A stretch of DNA of 60,235 nt from Victivallales bacterium. Lineage in GTDB: Bacteria; Verrucomicrobiota; Lentisphaeria; Victivallales; UBA1829. Both the position numbers and the translations under genes were made by a program. This document shows positions 59,601 to 60,235 of the stretch, piece by piece. Location: positions 1-60,235 of the forward strand of contig JAZNXT010000078.1 in the NCBI GenBank assembly GCA_045594005.1, written 5' to 3'. Below the pieces are notes generated by a model that worked only from the letters and a program-made list of their open reading frames with translations, was not told the origin of the DNA and did not search any database. Each line of letters starts with the position of its first letter. Position 1 is the first letter of the stretch.

Positions 59601-59816
59601 ATCCAGAATCTCCGTAAGGAAACCGGTCTGGATGTGTCTGACCGCATCAGCATCACATTGACTTCTGCCGATCCCGCATTGATCGCGGCGGCGCAGGAAT
59701 ATTCCTCTGTGATCTGCGGTGAAACACTGGGCGATGAATTGAATACCGTGGCTGCCGAGGCTGCGGAAACCGATGTGAACGGCGTGGCATGTGCTGTCGC
59801 CATCGCCAAAAAATAA
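56601..59816 (+). CDS. ileS: Isoleucine--tRNA ligase, type 2 (eukaryote-like)
   Basis: FYDGPPFATGLPHYGH, GWDCHGLP, DWNLSRNRYWG, KMSKR; long C-terminus without the type-1 zinc finger. Confidence 0.97.
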   Translation: MFKPVSGETEFPKIEEATLRFWQENNTFEQSLQNRKGCPEYVFYDGPPFATGLPHYGHLLAGTIKDVIPRYQTMLGKYCRRTFGWDCHGLPVENEMEKQLAKEMDLEKFGKKEIEKYGIGNFNEACRGIVLRYTEEWKSIVTRMGRWVDFDNGYRTMDTPYMESIWWVFKQLWDQGLIYEGFRVQPYCPRCSTPLAQHEASQGYQEVSDPTVTVRFKLKNAENTYIIAWTTTPWTLPSNMALAVGPELDYVKVEDNGEFYIMAEARMSAYYKKDAMPAIVERYKGKDLAGLQYEPLFPFFLGEKAQGGYLVVGSEYKQIKEGFDFVENGAYRVVTADYVSTEDGTGIVHIAPLFGEDDNQVGKANGIPAVCPVDDECCFNELVPDYQGQFVKSADKAIIEWLKAEGKLVVKSTVKHSYPHCWRCDSALIYKAIPTWFMNIDKVKAKMLAANAQMTWIPGHIKEGRFGKWLENARDWNLSRNRYWGCPIPIWRNVETGETVCVGSVAELEELTGKKITDIHKHFVDDLEIVTANGTVLRRIPEVFDCWFESGSMPYAQNHYPFENKEFFDKHFPADFIGEGQDQTRGWFYTLTVLAAALFDKPAALNVIVNGMILAENGLKMSKRLKNYPDPMYVVERYGADALRLFLLESQVVRAEDLKFSEDGIKEVLRSVLLPIWNSFQFFITYANLDNWTPPAGDAVAPENPANPLDKWILSALADMVDEIRSAMDAYQLQKAANRFEAFADSLTNWYIRRSRRRFWKSQNDTDKADAYATLYYVLITFVKTAAPFIPCLTEEIYRSLRTESMPESVHLCDFPVAETWRRDEYLEKQMDLTMRTVSLGRFLRTQRSLKVRQPLARAIVVSLDGEVRKMLEENASIVAEELNVKKLDVLADEEELVHLSAKANFKALGSRLGGKMKEAAALIQKLESSAIASVLRGEEVSVTLADGTVVPLTAGDLSVIRQEKPGVCVATDNAITIALETELTDELIREGYAREIVSKIQNLRKETGLDVSDRISITLTSADPALIAAAQEYSSVICGETLGDELNTVAAEAAETDVNGVACAVAIAKK

Positions 59817-59865
59817 CGGAAGCAATAAAAATATCAAATATCAACACTTTTGAGGAGTCTGTATC

Positions 59866-60235
59866 ATGGCGTATATCATGAAGTGCGAAAATTGTGGTGT
59901 GTCCGGCGAATTGGATCAACCTGTGGCTGAATTCCCCTGTCCGCAGTGCGGAGGAACCATGTATCCGGCTGATGCCGCCCCTGCCGCACCTGCCGCAAAA
60001 CCCGCAGGCGGCAAAAAATTGACTTTCGGGAAACCGTCCGGCGGTGCCGGCGGAAAGAAATTGGTCTTCGGCAAAGCCAAAGCTCCGGCAAAACCCACTG
60101 CAACTCAAACGATGACAAAAACGCAGATCGCCGCTGCCGCACAGCATGCCCCTGCCGCTGCCGCACCGACCCTGCCAAACGAAATGAATGAGACCCGTCA
60201 GGTCGTTGCTCCTGCTGCTCCTGCTGCTCCTGCTG
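59866..60235 (+). CDS. Hypothetical protein, N-terminal zinc ribbon plus Ala/Pro-rich region; truncated by the window end and absent from the ORF track
   Basis: GAGGAG RBS at 59852-59857; my translation MAYIMKCENCG...FPCPQCGGTMYPADAAPAAPAAKPAGGKKLTFGK... has no stop before the window end. Confidence 0.8.
   Translation, partial: MAYIMKCENCGVSGELDQPVAEFPCPQCGGTMYPADAAPAAPAAKPAGGKKLTFGKPSGGAGGKKLVFGKAKAPAKPTATQTMTKTQIAAAAQHAPAAAAPTLPNEMNETRQVVAPAAPAAPA

Noticed and set aside
56482..59816. T-box leader or acquired mupirocin-resistance ileS (mupA)
   Set aside because: The intergenic region is too short and lacks a T-box motif; the type-2 IleRS has a standard HYGH motif and a native chromosomal context.

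Overview
A gene-dense stretch of core bacterial chromosome with about 54 CDS. No rRNA, tRNA, CRISPR array, prophage or transposase is recognisable. Gene content and order suggest a PVC-superphylum anaerobe, probably Lentisphaerota/Victivallales-like (inference only). Housekeeping blocks are pyrR-pyrB-pyrC, argD-argF-comEC, topA, a Chlamydia/Bacteroidetes-type V-ATPase operon (E-DUF2764-A-B-D-I-K) with a Na+-type K subunit, nadB-pcnB-(DUF815-like AAA+)-tadA, lnt, nusA-infB-rbfA-nrnA-truB, rpsT, plsY-gpsA and a type-2 ileS. Accessory items are an AbrB-Doc toxin-antitoxin pair, a DegT/Gfo-Idh-MocA/ceramidase-like trio and a Memo-AMMECR1 fusion. The most unusual signals are: (i) a 600-bp intergenic mosaic of palindromes (26916-27499) containing a mirror-symmetric REPIN/BIME-like element with compensatory stem changes; (ii) a TopA whose C-terminal zinc ribbons are replaced by three copies of a ~50-aa Cys-free repeat; (iii) an uncharacterised AAA+ ATPase translationally coupled between poly(A) polymerase and TadA; (iv) a PyrR that has lost helix-1 RNA-binding residues, next to a 144-bp inverted-repeat-bounded structured element; (v) a histone-H1-like tail on a sugar aminotransferase. 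No complete new multi-gene system can be proven from sequence alone; all family calls are by motif recognition, not database search.
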